Assembly (NCBI GenBank): GCA_951804945.1
Contig: OX638153.1
Coordinates: forward strand, 35,836,001-35,900,000
From: Podarcis cretensis
Lineage: Eukaryota
Direction: 5' to 3'
Length of the DNA stretch: 64,000 nt
The position numbers and the translations under genes are program-made. The notes below the pieces were generated by a model. It was not told the origin of the DNA. It searched no databases and saw only the letters and a program-made list of their open reading frames with translations. Below, in pieces: positions 39,070-50,731 of this stretch (within the stretch, counting starts at the first letter, position 1; every line of letters begins with the position of its first letter).

Positions 39070-41261
39070 GTGGCTAGAGAATATCTAGGTCCATGGAAAG
39101 ATCTGTTCAAAGCACCCTTATTATTTTTAATGTAGACAAGTGGTGTAATCTTGCTACATTTATAGTACTGAAATGTTGTTGTCTTTTGCATGCTCTTATG
39201 TTCCTTGTATGTTGCTGTTTTATTATTGCTGTTGGTGTGAAATTATTCTTACAATTGTTGATTACGTGATGTATTGTTATTCTTGTTGTGGACAACACAA
39301 CATCTTTTTTGTGTGGAAAGGCGGTGTACGCTGTGATGACGCTGATGATGTTTGTTAGGGAAGCTAACTCCTAGGGTAAGGGTGCATAGGATTGAAACCT
39401 TAGATGCCTACCTAAAAGATGAAATGTGGCAAACAGATAATTGCAAACACATTTACAAGACACACACTTGTCAAGCCCTGGCTGCCTCAGTGGTGCCCTC
39501 TGTTTTTGCTCTATGGCAGCCCTAAGATCCATGAATCGTGTTCAGAGTTGTGCATCTCTCTTCCTCTCTCTGGGCTCCAGGAATTAAATACCATGTCCCT
39601 AATTTCAACCAGCTATTACAGTGCAGGCATTGTGGGCATTACAGTAGCACGAGTGATGAATTATAATAACCACAATAAACCTAATTAACAACCTGGTGTT
39701 TTTATCTTTGTAATTAAATCTAGCTGCCATAATGATAACCACTCTGGAAATCCTGCTGCTGCTGCTATTATATTATGATCAAAACAGATTACCTTATGGT
39801 AGTATTTTTAACCTCTGGTCCTCAGACGGCCTCTTGCTGGTTCAGAGGCTGCTTCCTGCCACTCTGGAGCAAGAGTGGCATTTGAGCCTCCTGCTGCTGA
39901 GGCAGAAGCTCAATTTGCCCCTTCCTTCAACAGAAAGGGAGTCCCAGAGCCACTCTGCAGCTAGATGAAAGTGGGGAGATGAGCGAGTGATAAAACTCAA
40001 GTTTCAGCGCAGGCTATGCTCACCTCCTAAGAGGCTGTTGCACATGTGTTGTGGTCGCAACGTTTAAGAACAAGGGACAAACCCACGCTACAAGATGAGT
40101 ATGAATCATGTGCATTGGCCAAAAACCGTGGCTTCAAATTTACTTTTCTTCTTTTAATTTCAAAAACACAGGCTCCAGAGCCATGGCAGAAATGGAAAGG
40201 TGACAGACTATTCAGCGGCTAAGTTTATATGGCTTCTTTCTACCAATGCATACAAGATGATTGGCGATTTAAAATAATGGCTTATAAGGCACAGTACAAA
40301 ATGAAAACAAAGCAGAGAAATAAGAAAACAAGCAAATGGAGTTATCAAAGATACTCACTGTTTCCAGGGGAATTTATTTTTCATGTTCATCATAGTTTTG
40401 ATTTTTAAAGCTGAGCAGCCTAAGGCCAGGGTGTGTAAAGGACCACCACTTTCAACATGAACTTATCTTCAGAGTCCCTTCAGTCTTCTGGGGGCAGGGA
40501 GGTGCTTGCAAGCAAGGGGGTCCTTTTAGTGGTGGTGCCAAATTATGGAATCCTGTTCCTAGATATGCTTTCTGGGATCTTTCCTTAGTTATATTTTGGG
40601 TGCAAGGGAAAGATTATACTGTTCTTTCATGCTTTTAATGTCTCTAAGATCCCCTCTTTGTCTTTTTTTTGTTTTTTTAAGCCGCTGTTTAATTTGCTGG
40701 CCTTGATATTTTTATCATGCAGTTTGATTGTTGTTTACTTTGCTGTTTGGTATTGTTTATTCTTCTACTGGTTACTTGAGGGTATTGTCTTTAAAAAATG
40801 GACTTTTTATAAAACAAACAAACAAAATAGTTTCTTAACTTAGTTCAGGGGCAGTGTGATGAACATACCTAATAGCAAACAGCGTACTGTGAGTGTTAAC
40901 AGGTCTATCTCCATGTCTGGTCCTGTCCTGTAACATCTTGTGAAATTCATTGTGTGATGTGATGTCCTCTGTCGAAAACCTTGGTTATGGGGCATCATGG
41001 AAGAACCATAACTAACTGCTAACTATATCTATATCTATATCTATCTATACTCATACACACACACCATTTTGAGTTGCACTAAGTGGTTAGGCTGCTAAAT
41101 TTCATTTAGAAAGGAAAAAAAGAATTTTGAAAAGCCTGGCCTGAATTAGACACTTCAGATATGTGTCCATCTTTATTTTTACAACTGGTAATTATCAGCA
41201 TCTTCTGGTAATTATCTGCACACACATACAGTATATACACACATTACAGTTGCTTAATATA

Positions 41262-41574
41262 CCATATTTTTCGTTCTATAAGATGCACTTTTCCCCTCCT
41301 AAAAAGTAAGGGGAAATGTGTGTGCGTCTTATGGAGCAAATGCAGGATGCTGCGCAGTTATCTCTCTTGCTGTTCTGGCTTCTGGGATAGCCGAGCGAAG
41401 CCTCTTCAGGGCAGGGGGAGCGTTCCTCCCGCTGCCCTGAAGAGGCTTTGCGTTGCTGCAATCCCTCTTGCTGTTCTGGCATCTGGGATTCAGAATATAT
41501 TTTTTCTTGTTTTCCTCCTCCAAAAACTAGGTGCGTCTTATGGTCCTGTGCGTCTTATAGAGTGAAAAATACGG
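41262..41574. mobile_element. Tc1/mariner (Tc2-like) non-autonomous element
   Basis: TIR CCATATTTTTCGTTCTATAAGATGCAC / GTGCGTCTTATAGAGTGAAAAATACGG; TA TSD. Confidence 0.88.
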
Positions 41575-42638
41575 TATATATATTTCATTCTCCTTCTACA
41601 AATGTTATGGCTCCATTTGCTTATGTGAAGGCATAGAAGAAGAGAAGGAGCTATGCCAAAAGAGAAACGTGTATGAAGAAAACGGCCATTTCAGCCACCA
41701 GAGCAAGGTGTCTCATATTTGACAGTCAGCTGTATACTATTTCCCTTTATCTTTTATCCAGAGATAGGAAAACAGCTAACCAGGATTGCATCAGAGGCAC
41801 CATTTTTTTGTTCCCAGCATCTGGCTAGCTGGAGGCCCAGCCTGGGATGGGGGGCATGTATCTCCAGAAGGGACTCACACGGGGAACCAAGATAGCAATA
41901 GCTTCTCTGCTCCATTTCACACATTTGATAAGTAACTGTCCTGCAACACTCAGTTGTCCTGTAGCAAGATCAAAGAACTAACAGGGTCAGAAAGAATATA
42001 GCAGAATAAAGAATAGACTTCAGGCCCTCTGTGTGACCAGGTTTTCACACCACAGTGGTGCATGGATATAGTATCTCTCTCTGTGATACGCTTGACCACC
42101 ATGATTGCTGCTGATGCCATTGCAGCACGGAATCCCAGCCATGCAGGGTGGTTTTCTAAAAAAGGTTGGTATGAACCTACCTTAGAATGGGTCAACCTCA
42201 CGGAATGCTTAGCCCAATTCTGCACATTTTCCATAGTTGGCGGCAGGCATACTTCTTAACTGGAGATGCCAATAATTCAACTAAACCCACACATACAGAA
42301 CTCAAAGTGCTGTAAATGGTGTTGGTAGGTGGTCTCCCTTCTGTCTGGATCTAGACCTGCTTAGCTTCAATGAGGTGACTGCATCATGTGCCCTCACAAC
42401 AAAGCCCTGGCTCTTTGTGTTCTACCACAGAGCTTCAGCAAGGGGCCACATCCTGATACAATTGAGCTATGTAGGTGGCTTGCATTCAAATGTCTCACAA
42501 AATGCTGAACAAACTACAGCGAGTCAGTGTTCAGAAGCCAGTGCAATGCTTGAATAAAAATCCTGTGCGCCTCTCACATTCCTGAACAAGCTCTCATTGG
42601 ACTTGAGCATTTTGCTATCATCCTTTATTATAGATTAC

Positions 42639-42814
42639 CTGAGAATACCTCCACCTATGGCACTTGATGCTGGCTGGTTCAGGCAAACTAGGTACAACAT
42701 CTTTCAGCTGGTCTAGGATCAACTGCTGAACCTTTTCCTTGTCTGACTCCAAGTGGCTAGTTCCAAAGGGAACGCTGGTGTGAACAACAACAGATGGAGC
42801 GACATCAGGTGATT
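42639..42814 (-). CDS. RNLS: Renalase internal coding exon (equivalent to human exon 6)
   Basis: Translates ESPDVAPSVVVHTSVPFGTSHLESDKEKVQQLILDQLKDVVPSLPEPASIKCHRWRYSQ. Acceptor TGTGTCTCTTGCAG| and donor CAG|GTAATC; 176 nt, phase 1 to phase 0, in frame with the upstream exon (G+AA = Glu). Confidence 0.97.
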
Positions 42815-42971
42815 CTGCAAGAGACACAAAGAAATATATATATTATTTGGCGTACAAATAATTATGTTCAAGATTCAGCACTGTTTTGTACCTTAAATGC
42901 AGCTTCAATTGGAATCCAAAAGCAACTAACGGCATAGTAGCTCCCTAAGAGTTAATATGGGATAGTTAATA

Positions 42972-43077
42972 TGTCTTTAAAAAATGGACTTTTTATAAAA
43001 CAAACAAACAAAATAGTTTCTTAACTTAGTTCAGGGGCAGTGTGATGAACATACCTAATAGCAAACAGCGTACTGTG
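42972..43077 (+). repeat. 106-bp exact direct copy of 40786-40891
   Basis: Base-by-base identical by eye (TGTCTTTAAAAAATGG...CAGCGTACTGTG). Confidence 0.95.
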
Positions 43078-43111
43078 TAACGGCATAGTAGCTCCCTAAG
43101 AGTTAATATAT

Positions 43112-43472
43112 GGGACGCAGGTGGCGCTGTGGGTTAAAGCCTCAGCACCTAGGGCTTGCCGATCGAAAGGTCGGCGGTTCGAATCCCTGCGGCGGGGTGC
43201 GCTCCCGCTGCTCGGTCCCAGCGCCTGCCAACCTAGCAGTTCGAAAGCACCTCCGGGTGCAAGTAGATAAACAGGGACCGCTTACCAGCGGGAAGGTAAA
43301 CGGCGTTTCCGTGTGCGGCTCTGGCTCTGGCCAGAGCAGCGATGTCACGCTGGCCACGTGACCCGGAAGTGTTTCCGGACAGCGCTGGCCCCTGGCCTCT
43401 TAAGTGAGATGGGCGCACAACCCCAGAGTCTGTCAAGACTGGCCCGTATGGGCAGGGGTACCTTTACCTTTA
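43112..43472 (+). mobile_element. Sauria SINE, second subfamily, RNLS intron 5
   Basis: Near-identical to the reverse complement of 15037-15399; TSD CCTAAGAGTTAATAT at 43095-43109 and 43473-43487. Confidence 0.93.
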
Positions 43473-43842
43473 CCTAAGAGTTAATATGGATAGCACAAAG
43501 TAAGCATTATAATCTGTTTTCTCTCTGAACAACATTTAATTCAGGGGTGGGGAACCTTTTTCAGCCTGAAGACTGCATCCCCTTCTGAGGGCCACATGCC
43601 AGAGGGAATAAATGTATTTTTTACTTTTGTACAATGGGCTAGTATCTTTACATATTCACAAGCCCCTCTCTGTCATCTATCTGTGCAAGCAGGAGGCATT
43701 ATTGGAGTTCAAGGACACAATATAAGTGGGCAAAAACACTAAAGTTGTGGCTTGGGGACAGGGGGTATAGCTTGGAGAGAGAGTCCTGAGGACCATATAG
43801 AGAGGAATGTACCACCTAGTAACTAAAGTATATAAAAGCTAA

Positions 43843-44190
43843 AAAGTAAATGACCCCTGGATGGTTAAGTCCAGTCAAAGGTGACTATGGGGTTGCAGTG
43901 CTCATCTCGCTTTCAGGCCGAGGGAGCAGGTGTTTGTCCACAGACAGCTTTCCGGGTCACGTGGCCAGTATGACTAAACCACTTCTGGCACAACGGAAGA
44001 CCGTGACAGAAACCAGAGCGCACAGAAACGCCGTTTACCTTCATGCCGCAGCAGTACCTATTTATCCACTTGCACTGGCATGCTTTCAAACTGCTAGGTT
44101 GGCAGGAGCTGGGACAGAGCAACGGGAGCTCACCCCGTCGTGGGGATTCGAACCGCTGACCTTCTGATTGGCAAGCCGAAGAGGCTCAGC
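43843..44190 (-). mobile_element. Sauria SINE, third/older variant, 5' end missing
   Basis: Shares the B box and core with the other copies but has a different central and 3' segment (TTTGTCCACAGACAGCTTTCC); no clear TSD. Confidence 0.85.
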
Positions 44191-46141
44191 ACTAGGCACA
44201 CAGTGTGCCAAGGATGCAGAACCTGTGGTCCTCCAGATGTTGCTGAACTCCATTTCCCATCAACCCCACCTAATATGATCAATGGTCAGTGATGAAGGAA
44301 GTTGTAGTCCAGCAATATGCAATATGTTGTAGTAGGTAAAGGGTTAGACTAGGACCAGTGCGTTCCAGGTTTAAATGCCTACTCAGCCACAAAGCTCATT
44401 GGTAAACACTTGTACTGGTCATATTCACTTAACCTATTTTCCAGAGTTGGCGTGAGGCTAAAACAGGTTAGCGGACAGCCATGTGCACCACACTGAGTTG
44501 ATTGGAGAAATAATTGTAGTAAGACAATAAATCAAAGTGTGCTGCCACCAGTGAGATGGTGGTAGATCCTGCTGCCTGGTCCTGTCAGCTGCTTTCTCCC
44601 TTCCCTCACTATTCAGACAAACCATGTCCCTACTAACCACATTGGGTGAATGCATTAGCAGGATGAATTAGGGATGTTTTACAGTGGAAAATTTAATGCC
44701 ATGAATCTGAGTGCAAGGTGGCAACCCTGAGATACTTCCAGGGGTTGAGGCAGTTCTTACTAGACCTCCTTCAAGTCTCTGTCTAGCTTCAGATATTCTT
44801 TCTTTCTTACATCTTTTGCAGGTCACACCTAAAATCCTCCCAAGCCACCTGAGGCTGCTTTGGGCCTAACTTTGTGCAATGTGTAAATGATTTATCTGCC
44901 AACACAAGCTCTTCTCAGCTCGTCCCCAAAGGGGTGCTGTGAGGGTTGTGTTGCCCAGGAGCAATGAACCACAGAGGAGATGGGAAGCTTCCTAGTAAAA
45001 GTAGAGAGGGACGCTGTGCTCACTCAGCAATAAGAAACGGCAACCGAGAAGCTGGTTTTTTGTTGGGATGGCAGCAGAGAACTGTGTGTGACTGAGGCTG
45101 AAACCCAAACTGCAATGGATTTAATGCTGAGGTTACTGGAGCAAGATCGTTCTTAAAATTAAGGGTTTTTCTTAGAAGCTGACATTCGAAAACACACGAA
45201 GCGAAATCGGATTCTGAAGTGACGGGCTATGTTTTTATGGGGGCGGGGGGCGCGGGGGAATCACAGTTAAGTTCCATGAAAACAGTGGTGTGGTGAAATG
45301 CAGAAGCTGACCAAAACTAAAAGTGATACAATAGGAGTGCATCTTCCTGTATTTTGCGTATTTGCTGCTCTTCCTACACTTTGCTCAGCATGTGCCTCAT
45401 CTGATTTCAGGCACAGAACTCATTTATCACTCAGAAATGTCAAACATGCTTGTGTTTGGAGCCAAAATGTAAACAGGGCTCAAGCACTTGGTACAGCCCC
45501 AGTTCTGTTGCGTATGACCACCAGGATAGTCTCGAAACAAACCTAAAAAACTTGTTACCGCTCAAAGCCTAGGGGAGGATTATTTATTGGGAACTAGAAG
45601 CTTGCTACGGTGAAGTATCACTGCCCACTCCAAAAAGATGGCCGATACCTCATAGAAAATAAACAAATAGCAGTGGCGAGTCTAACTCAGAGAAACAAGA
45701 TATCACAACAGTGAAGAAAGAGAGGGAGAGAAAGAGAGAGAGGCCATTAAGAAGAAAGTACCATATTTGTGATTTTAACTATGGGAAAGATCTTGGTACC
45801 AATGGCCCTCCGGCTTATTGCCAACTACCATTCATTCACTCATTATTGCCAACTAAGGAATGAATCAGTAACATTCTAGGAACCTGACTAACACAACTAA
45901 ATTTGGTTAGATGCTTCCAAAACAAGTTAGGGAGCAATCGTAACCCTACCTACCTGGGAATAAGCCCCACTTAACTCAATAGGACTTACTACTCAGTTAG
46001 GATTGCCAACTACATGCAAAGGCATTTGGGTCATATTGATGCTCCTGTTCATCCTTCTCTCCCACTGCGTCTTTTTTCATGACTCTCCTGCATATGTTTA
46101 TAGGCATACATTTCCTGCTTTGTCTCCTGTTAATTTGATAC

Positions 46142-46967
46142 TGTCAGAGCTGCCTCTAGGTCCCAGCTCACAGAGGACCAACGCTAGGCTGTAGTAATGT
46201 ACAAAAGTCTTTATTGAAGTTCAGTTTCCATTTCAAAGCCACAGCGTGCAGCCCTACGTCTTAAACCCTAGATCGGCGAAGTCCCGTCTGAGTCCCCTCC
46301 CCTATGACACCAGTTTAAGATCCTAGCCCTGCTCCACCTTTTACGCTGCTCTCTCCTCCTCTGGGTCCTCCTGCCCGCTGGGGCATTGCCCTTTCTGGAC
46401 TCTTCCGACGCTGAGTCGCTTAGCTCCTCCCCCTCCCTCCGGCGGGCTTTAGGACCCGGTTCCCAATCCTCATTCTCTGCTGTCCCGCGCTCCTGTACAT
46501 TTGAACTTGCCTCTCGCGCCAGCCCAGTGACCTTTCTCCTAACCGTTACACTACTTCGGTCACTGCTTCCCTCTTCCGGGACACTGGCCGGATCTGACCT
46601 CTCCTCCGTTGTCCGACTTTCTGATGGAGGCATGGTCAGCCCTGCCTTATCTTCTCTCCCTGGTGGGGAATGCACTGGCCCCGATCCTTGGGACTCTTCC
46701 CCCCCACTCTGCTCTGGTGGGGAAGCTGGTCCTGATTTCCAGCTACTGCTCTGGGAGTCCCTGCTGCCCCCTTGCTCCTGGGGAGTTCCCCTTGGGAACC
46801 CCCTACCCCTGGCCACTGGCGCCCCCTTCTGTGAATCTTCCGATTCGCTGGATAGGCTCATGGAATCCCTCGGTCCACTATCCTCTTCTCCTACGCTCCC
46901 CTCGGATTCTTCCCCTTCGCTCTCCATCTCCTCTCTTCCCTGTGCCTCTGCTCCTGAGCCCCTGACA
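46142..46967 (-). mobile_element. Solo LTR (Gypsy-like), 826 bp, in RNLS intron 5, sense orientation
   Basis: TGTCAG...CTGACA termini; 5-bp TSD GATAC/GATTC (1 mismatch); AATAAA on the minus strand at 46215-46210 near the 3' end; CpGs retained. Confidence 0.85.
46268..46927 (-). CDS. 219-aa Ser/Glu-rich, C-terminally Arg-rich ORF inside the solo LTR (function unknown)
   Basis: ORF track. The frame is also open for 13 codons upstream of the ATG, back to LTR base 2. The stop lies about 50 nt before the LTR AATAAA. Confidence 0.45.
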   Translation of the reverse strand: MESEGEESEGSVGEEDSGPRDSMSLSSESEDSQKGAPVARGRGFPRGTPQEQGGSRDSQSSSWKSGPASPPEQSGGEESQGSGPVHSPPGREDKAGLTMPPSESRTTEERSDPASVPEEGSSDRSSVTVRRKVTGLAREASSNVQERGTAENEDWEPGPKARRREGEELSDSASEESRKGNAPAGRRTQRRREQRKRWSRARILNWCHRGGDSDGTSPI

Positions 46968-49258
46968 GATTCTTTCCCTTTTCGTGACTGAATTATCTGG
47001 AGCTATTTCTTCTTCTTTCCCATGGTATACCTGCACTCCAGTGGAGGAACATTATGATTTGAGGTGTATGAGTTGATTGGTTTCGGCTGTAATTATTGAT
47101 TGTTATTGTATGCTAATGTTTTATCATTGTAGATGGCTAGAGAACATTGCTATGGGGAAACAGATAAATATTGTAAAAAGAAAAAGTCTGCTCTTCCTTT
47201 CCTCCTTTTCCTTCAGCAGTTACCATATTCACCCCATGGGTTGTGAGCAGTAGATATCTTTGATGTTTTCTAGCCCTGCTGTACCCATGCTAGGCTGTTT
47301 CCCCACACCCCTCTTCTTGGTATAGTTAAAATGTAAGAGAATAAGGCATTCTTTTTCCCCTTTTGATTTTAAAAAGAGTCCTTTCATCCCTTCTTCAGAA
47401 AACAGAAAATAACCTAAGGAGAAAAACTGCAGTTGATCCCCCAATTTCTGATGCAAATTATTCAGAGTGTTAGAGATTTTGCAGAAGTCTTTCCCCTGTA
47501 ACTATCAAACAAACAGCCCTTTCACTGCATTTATAGTCGTCTTTCTGCCAGGGGACCATCATACTACTTGCATTCTGCATAGAGGAAAGTTCTTGGGATA
47601 ATGAAACCTCATGAAGATTTTGCACTGGACTGTTCTAAGTATTTCTGCTCGTGCCCCTGCCATCCGCTTCCTTCCCAGCCCATAGTATCCTTATCTGTTT
47701 GCCTTTCTATCTAGTCAATTCCTTAAACTAGACCTGCTCGAGACAGGTTTCTCAGATTGCACCCTGACTTGCAGGTGATTATTCCATATGAACCTTCCTG
47801 CGGGTTTGTTTCAAGAGCTCCATTGCAATTCTGATCCCAGTTCTACTAGAGCTCACCTTTCAAATAATTGACAGCCTATGGGACCGATGCTGGTGGAAAG
47901 GCAAACAGAAATAAGCAAGTCAGAATTTGCTCAGGAAATAATACCAGAACATGCTGAGTCACTATATGGAAATATATATCAAGAAGCACTGTGCTGTGGC
48001 TCCTCGCTCCATACACAATGACACTGGGAAAAGTCAACTTTGTTGACTTCCAGCACATAAAAAGGACTTCTCCAATCTGGCTGTCACTACTCCATAATAA
48101 AGCTGGGGAGGTGGAGCCTGTAGTGCCTGGGTGCTACTCTGTCCTCAAAGCTGATGTCATCACGAATATTGGCAACAGAGTTTTAGGTTGTCCCTAAAAC
48201 AATCACCTGTTAGCTTGTATTGACTGCTGCTTGCATAGCCAACATGGGCAAGAAGACTGCAAGCCCTTTTGTGACAGTTTACAAATACTGTCACTTGATT
48301 CTAACCAGAAATCCCTCTGGTCAGAAGTCCAGGGTGTATTTAGTAGGGTTGTAGCATTTGGTTAATTAATTGTTTCAGTTGGTATATTCATGTTTTGACT
48401 GGCTAGAAACTTGCTACCCGATGAATTGGGAGGCTGATATTTTAAAATAACTTACAAAAAACTGTTGGTATTAGCTGCTATCTTAGTAGAGAAATTCCCT
48501 CTTGAGCAAAGGATATGTTTTTTTCTACATGGCTTCTGCTGTGACAAATGCTTGCATTGTCCAAAAACAAAACATGTTTTCTATTCTATGATTGGTTTTA
48601 TTCACACAAAAAACCATGCAGATTTGATCAATCAACTAACCATTCAGCTAAAACTCATATAGTTAATCAGCTAGGGTTTATCATTTTTATTGTGTTTTAT
48701 TGTATTTAGGACTCATGTGCTGAAATAAAAAAAAGCAAAGAGACAGGTCAAATAAATTTGAAGAAAGATACAAGGCAAAACAACAACAACAAGTTGGTTT
48801 CCCAAAAGTTCTGATTCTAGCACTTTTGTAGCTACACTGACTGTTTTCAAACCATCCCATTCAAAAATTGTTTCTATGAATTGGCCCACATCTGATATTC
48901 TGTAATGGGGGCTATGAATCTTAAGTTAGGGAAAAATATATTAGCACTGTTGATGTCATACATCTTAAAATATTAATTGCTTTCCATTTTCATTTTATCA
49001 GCTGAAACACAGAAGGATTACAGCACATCAATGAAATCATTTAATCTAATCTCAGTTGAACAGTATTTTTGTTCTGTGCTAATTCACATTTAGAGGTGAA
49101 CCCACCTAATTTACACTTTCTGAAACAATACATGAACCAACAAAACATGCCTATTTCTTTAAAATTCACACTTCTCCAAATTTTCAAGTGCAGTTCTTTG
49201 CCGCAGTGATGTGTACTTAACAATGTACATATTAGTGAAAATGATATAAAAAAGGTTA

Positions 49259-49464
49259 TAGTGGTTCCATGGTTGTCAAACTCCCTGGAACTCAGACGTT
49301 TTGGCTCCCAAACATTTGAAACCCAGAAGTGACTTTTCCAGTCCAATGGGGCTTCCGTGGCTTCCAATTGGCTGCAGGAGCTTCCTGCAGCCAATCAGAA
49401 GCCGCTATTTGGAAGTCGAACAGACTTCCGGAACAGATTCTGTTTGACTTCCAAGGTATGACTG
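49259..49464. mobile_element. Tc1/mariner MITE (same family)
   Basis: TAGTGGTTCCATGG...CCAAGGTATGACTG; TA TSD; internal cctgcagccaatcagaagc shared with 34874 and 62471. Confidence 0.8.
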
Positions 49465-50378
49465 TATCTTAGGGAATTTATATTATATTTGCTTTGCAAA
49501 TATGGCAGCACTGAATTAAAAATGTGTATATTATGAGAAACTTGCATTAAACGCTGAATTTTCATGAACACCTTTTTGAAAATTGCAAACTGATCTGGAA
49601 ATGTAGAGAACTGAAGGCTAGAAAAATGGGGAACTGGGATAAACTGAAAGTGATAACATAGCTAACAAGTAGCTATGTTATTGCTACTTGTTTCTGATAA
49701 AAGAAGGACTTTGGGACGGACAGATATGGATATTGCATGCTTTCCCACATATTTTCAAGAAACAATTTTGTTCACATGTATTTTGCCTATGGGAAAATGG
49801 ATTTTAAAAAAAAGAATTAAAGAAAAATAAGGAGTTTAAGATAACTAACTGCCAGAAAGGGGTCTGGGAGTATCACGATAAAGAAAAGTTCATGTTAAAG
49901 AGACATTAAATGTTTAAGAAGTTATAGTGATTTAACTTTTTAATCTTAATGATTAAAAGTGCTCATGACATCCATGAAGTTTGAAGGAAAGAAGTATCAG
50001 TGAAAATGGTTCTACAGTATTCTTAGCTAAACTACAAACCTGCGCTCAGTAATGTCTAAGCTATCTTAGCAGATTGTAAATCATGAAGAATTAAAGGTTT
50101 TGCTTGAGTAAATGTCTCTCTCAATACACTTCACAACGTGAGAACTCTTCCCGTGGAGACTGGAGAAGGTAGAAATTATACATAGTCTATGAAAGTGGGA
50201 AACAATACAGCAATTCAGGAAGGTTTTAGAAAGTGGTGAGGTCTGAAAACAACAGTTTAAAGTCAAGCAGGCAGGGATGCCTGGTCTGTTCAACCAAGAA
50301 ACTTCTTTTTGCAAAATTCACTGTGTTTGCCAGCTACCTTTTCATTTACATTACAGTATTTCTTATACATGTGAAATA

Positions 50379-50731
50379 AAGGTAAAGGTAAAGGGACCCC
50401 TGACCATTGGGTCCAGTTGTGACCAACTCTGGGGTTGCGGCGCTCATCTCGCTTTATTGGCCAAGGGAGCTGGCGTACAGCTTCCGGGTCATGTGGCCAG
50501 CATGACTAAGCTGCTTCTGGCGAACCAGAGCAGTGCACGGAAATGCCGTTTACCTTCCTGCCGGAGCGGTACCTATTTATCTACTTGCACTTTGACATGC
50601 TTCCGAACTGCTAGGTGGGCAGGAGCAGGGACTGAGCAACAGCTCACCCCATCACGGGGATTCGAACTGCCAACCTTCTGATCAGCAAGTCCTAGGCTTG
50701 GTGGTTTAACCCACAGCGCCACCTGCCTCCC
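50379..50731 (-). mobile_element. Sauria SINE, full length
   Basis: TSD ACATGTGAAATA at 50367-50378 and 50734-50745. Confidence 0.93.

Noticed and set aside
46386-46991. 201-aa plus-strand Ser/Pro/Leu ORF
   Set aside because: Antisense shadow of the purine-rich LTR frame; it crosses the element boundary.
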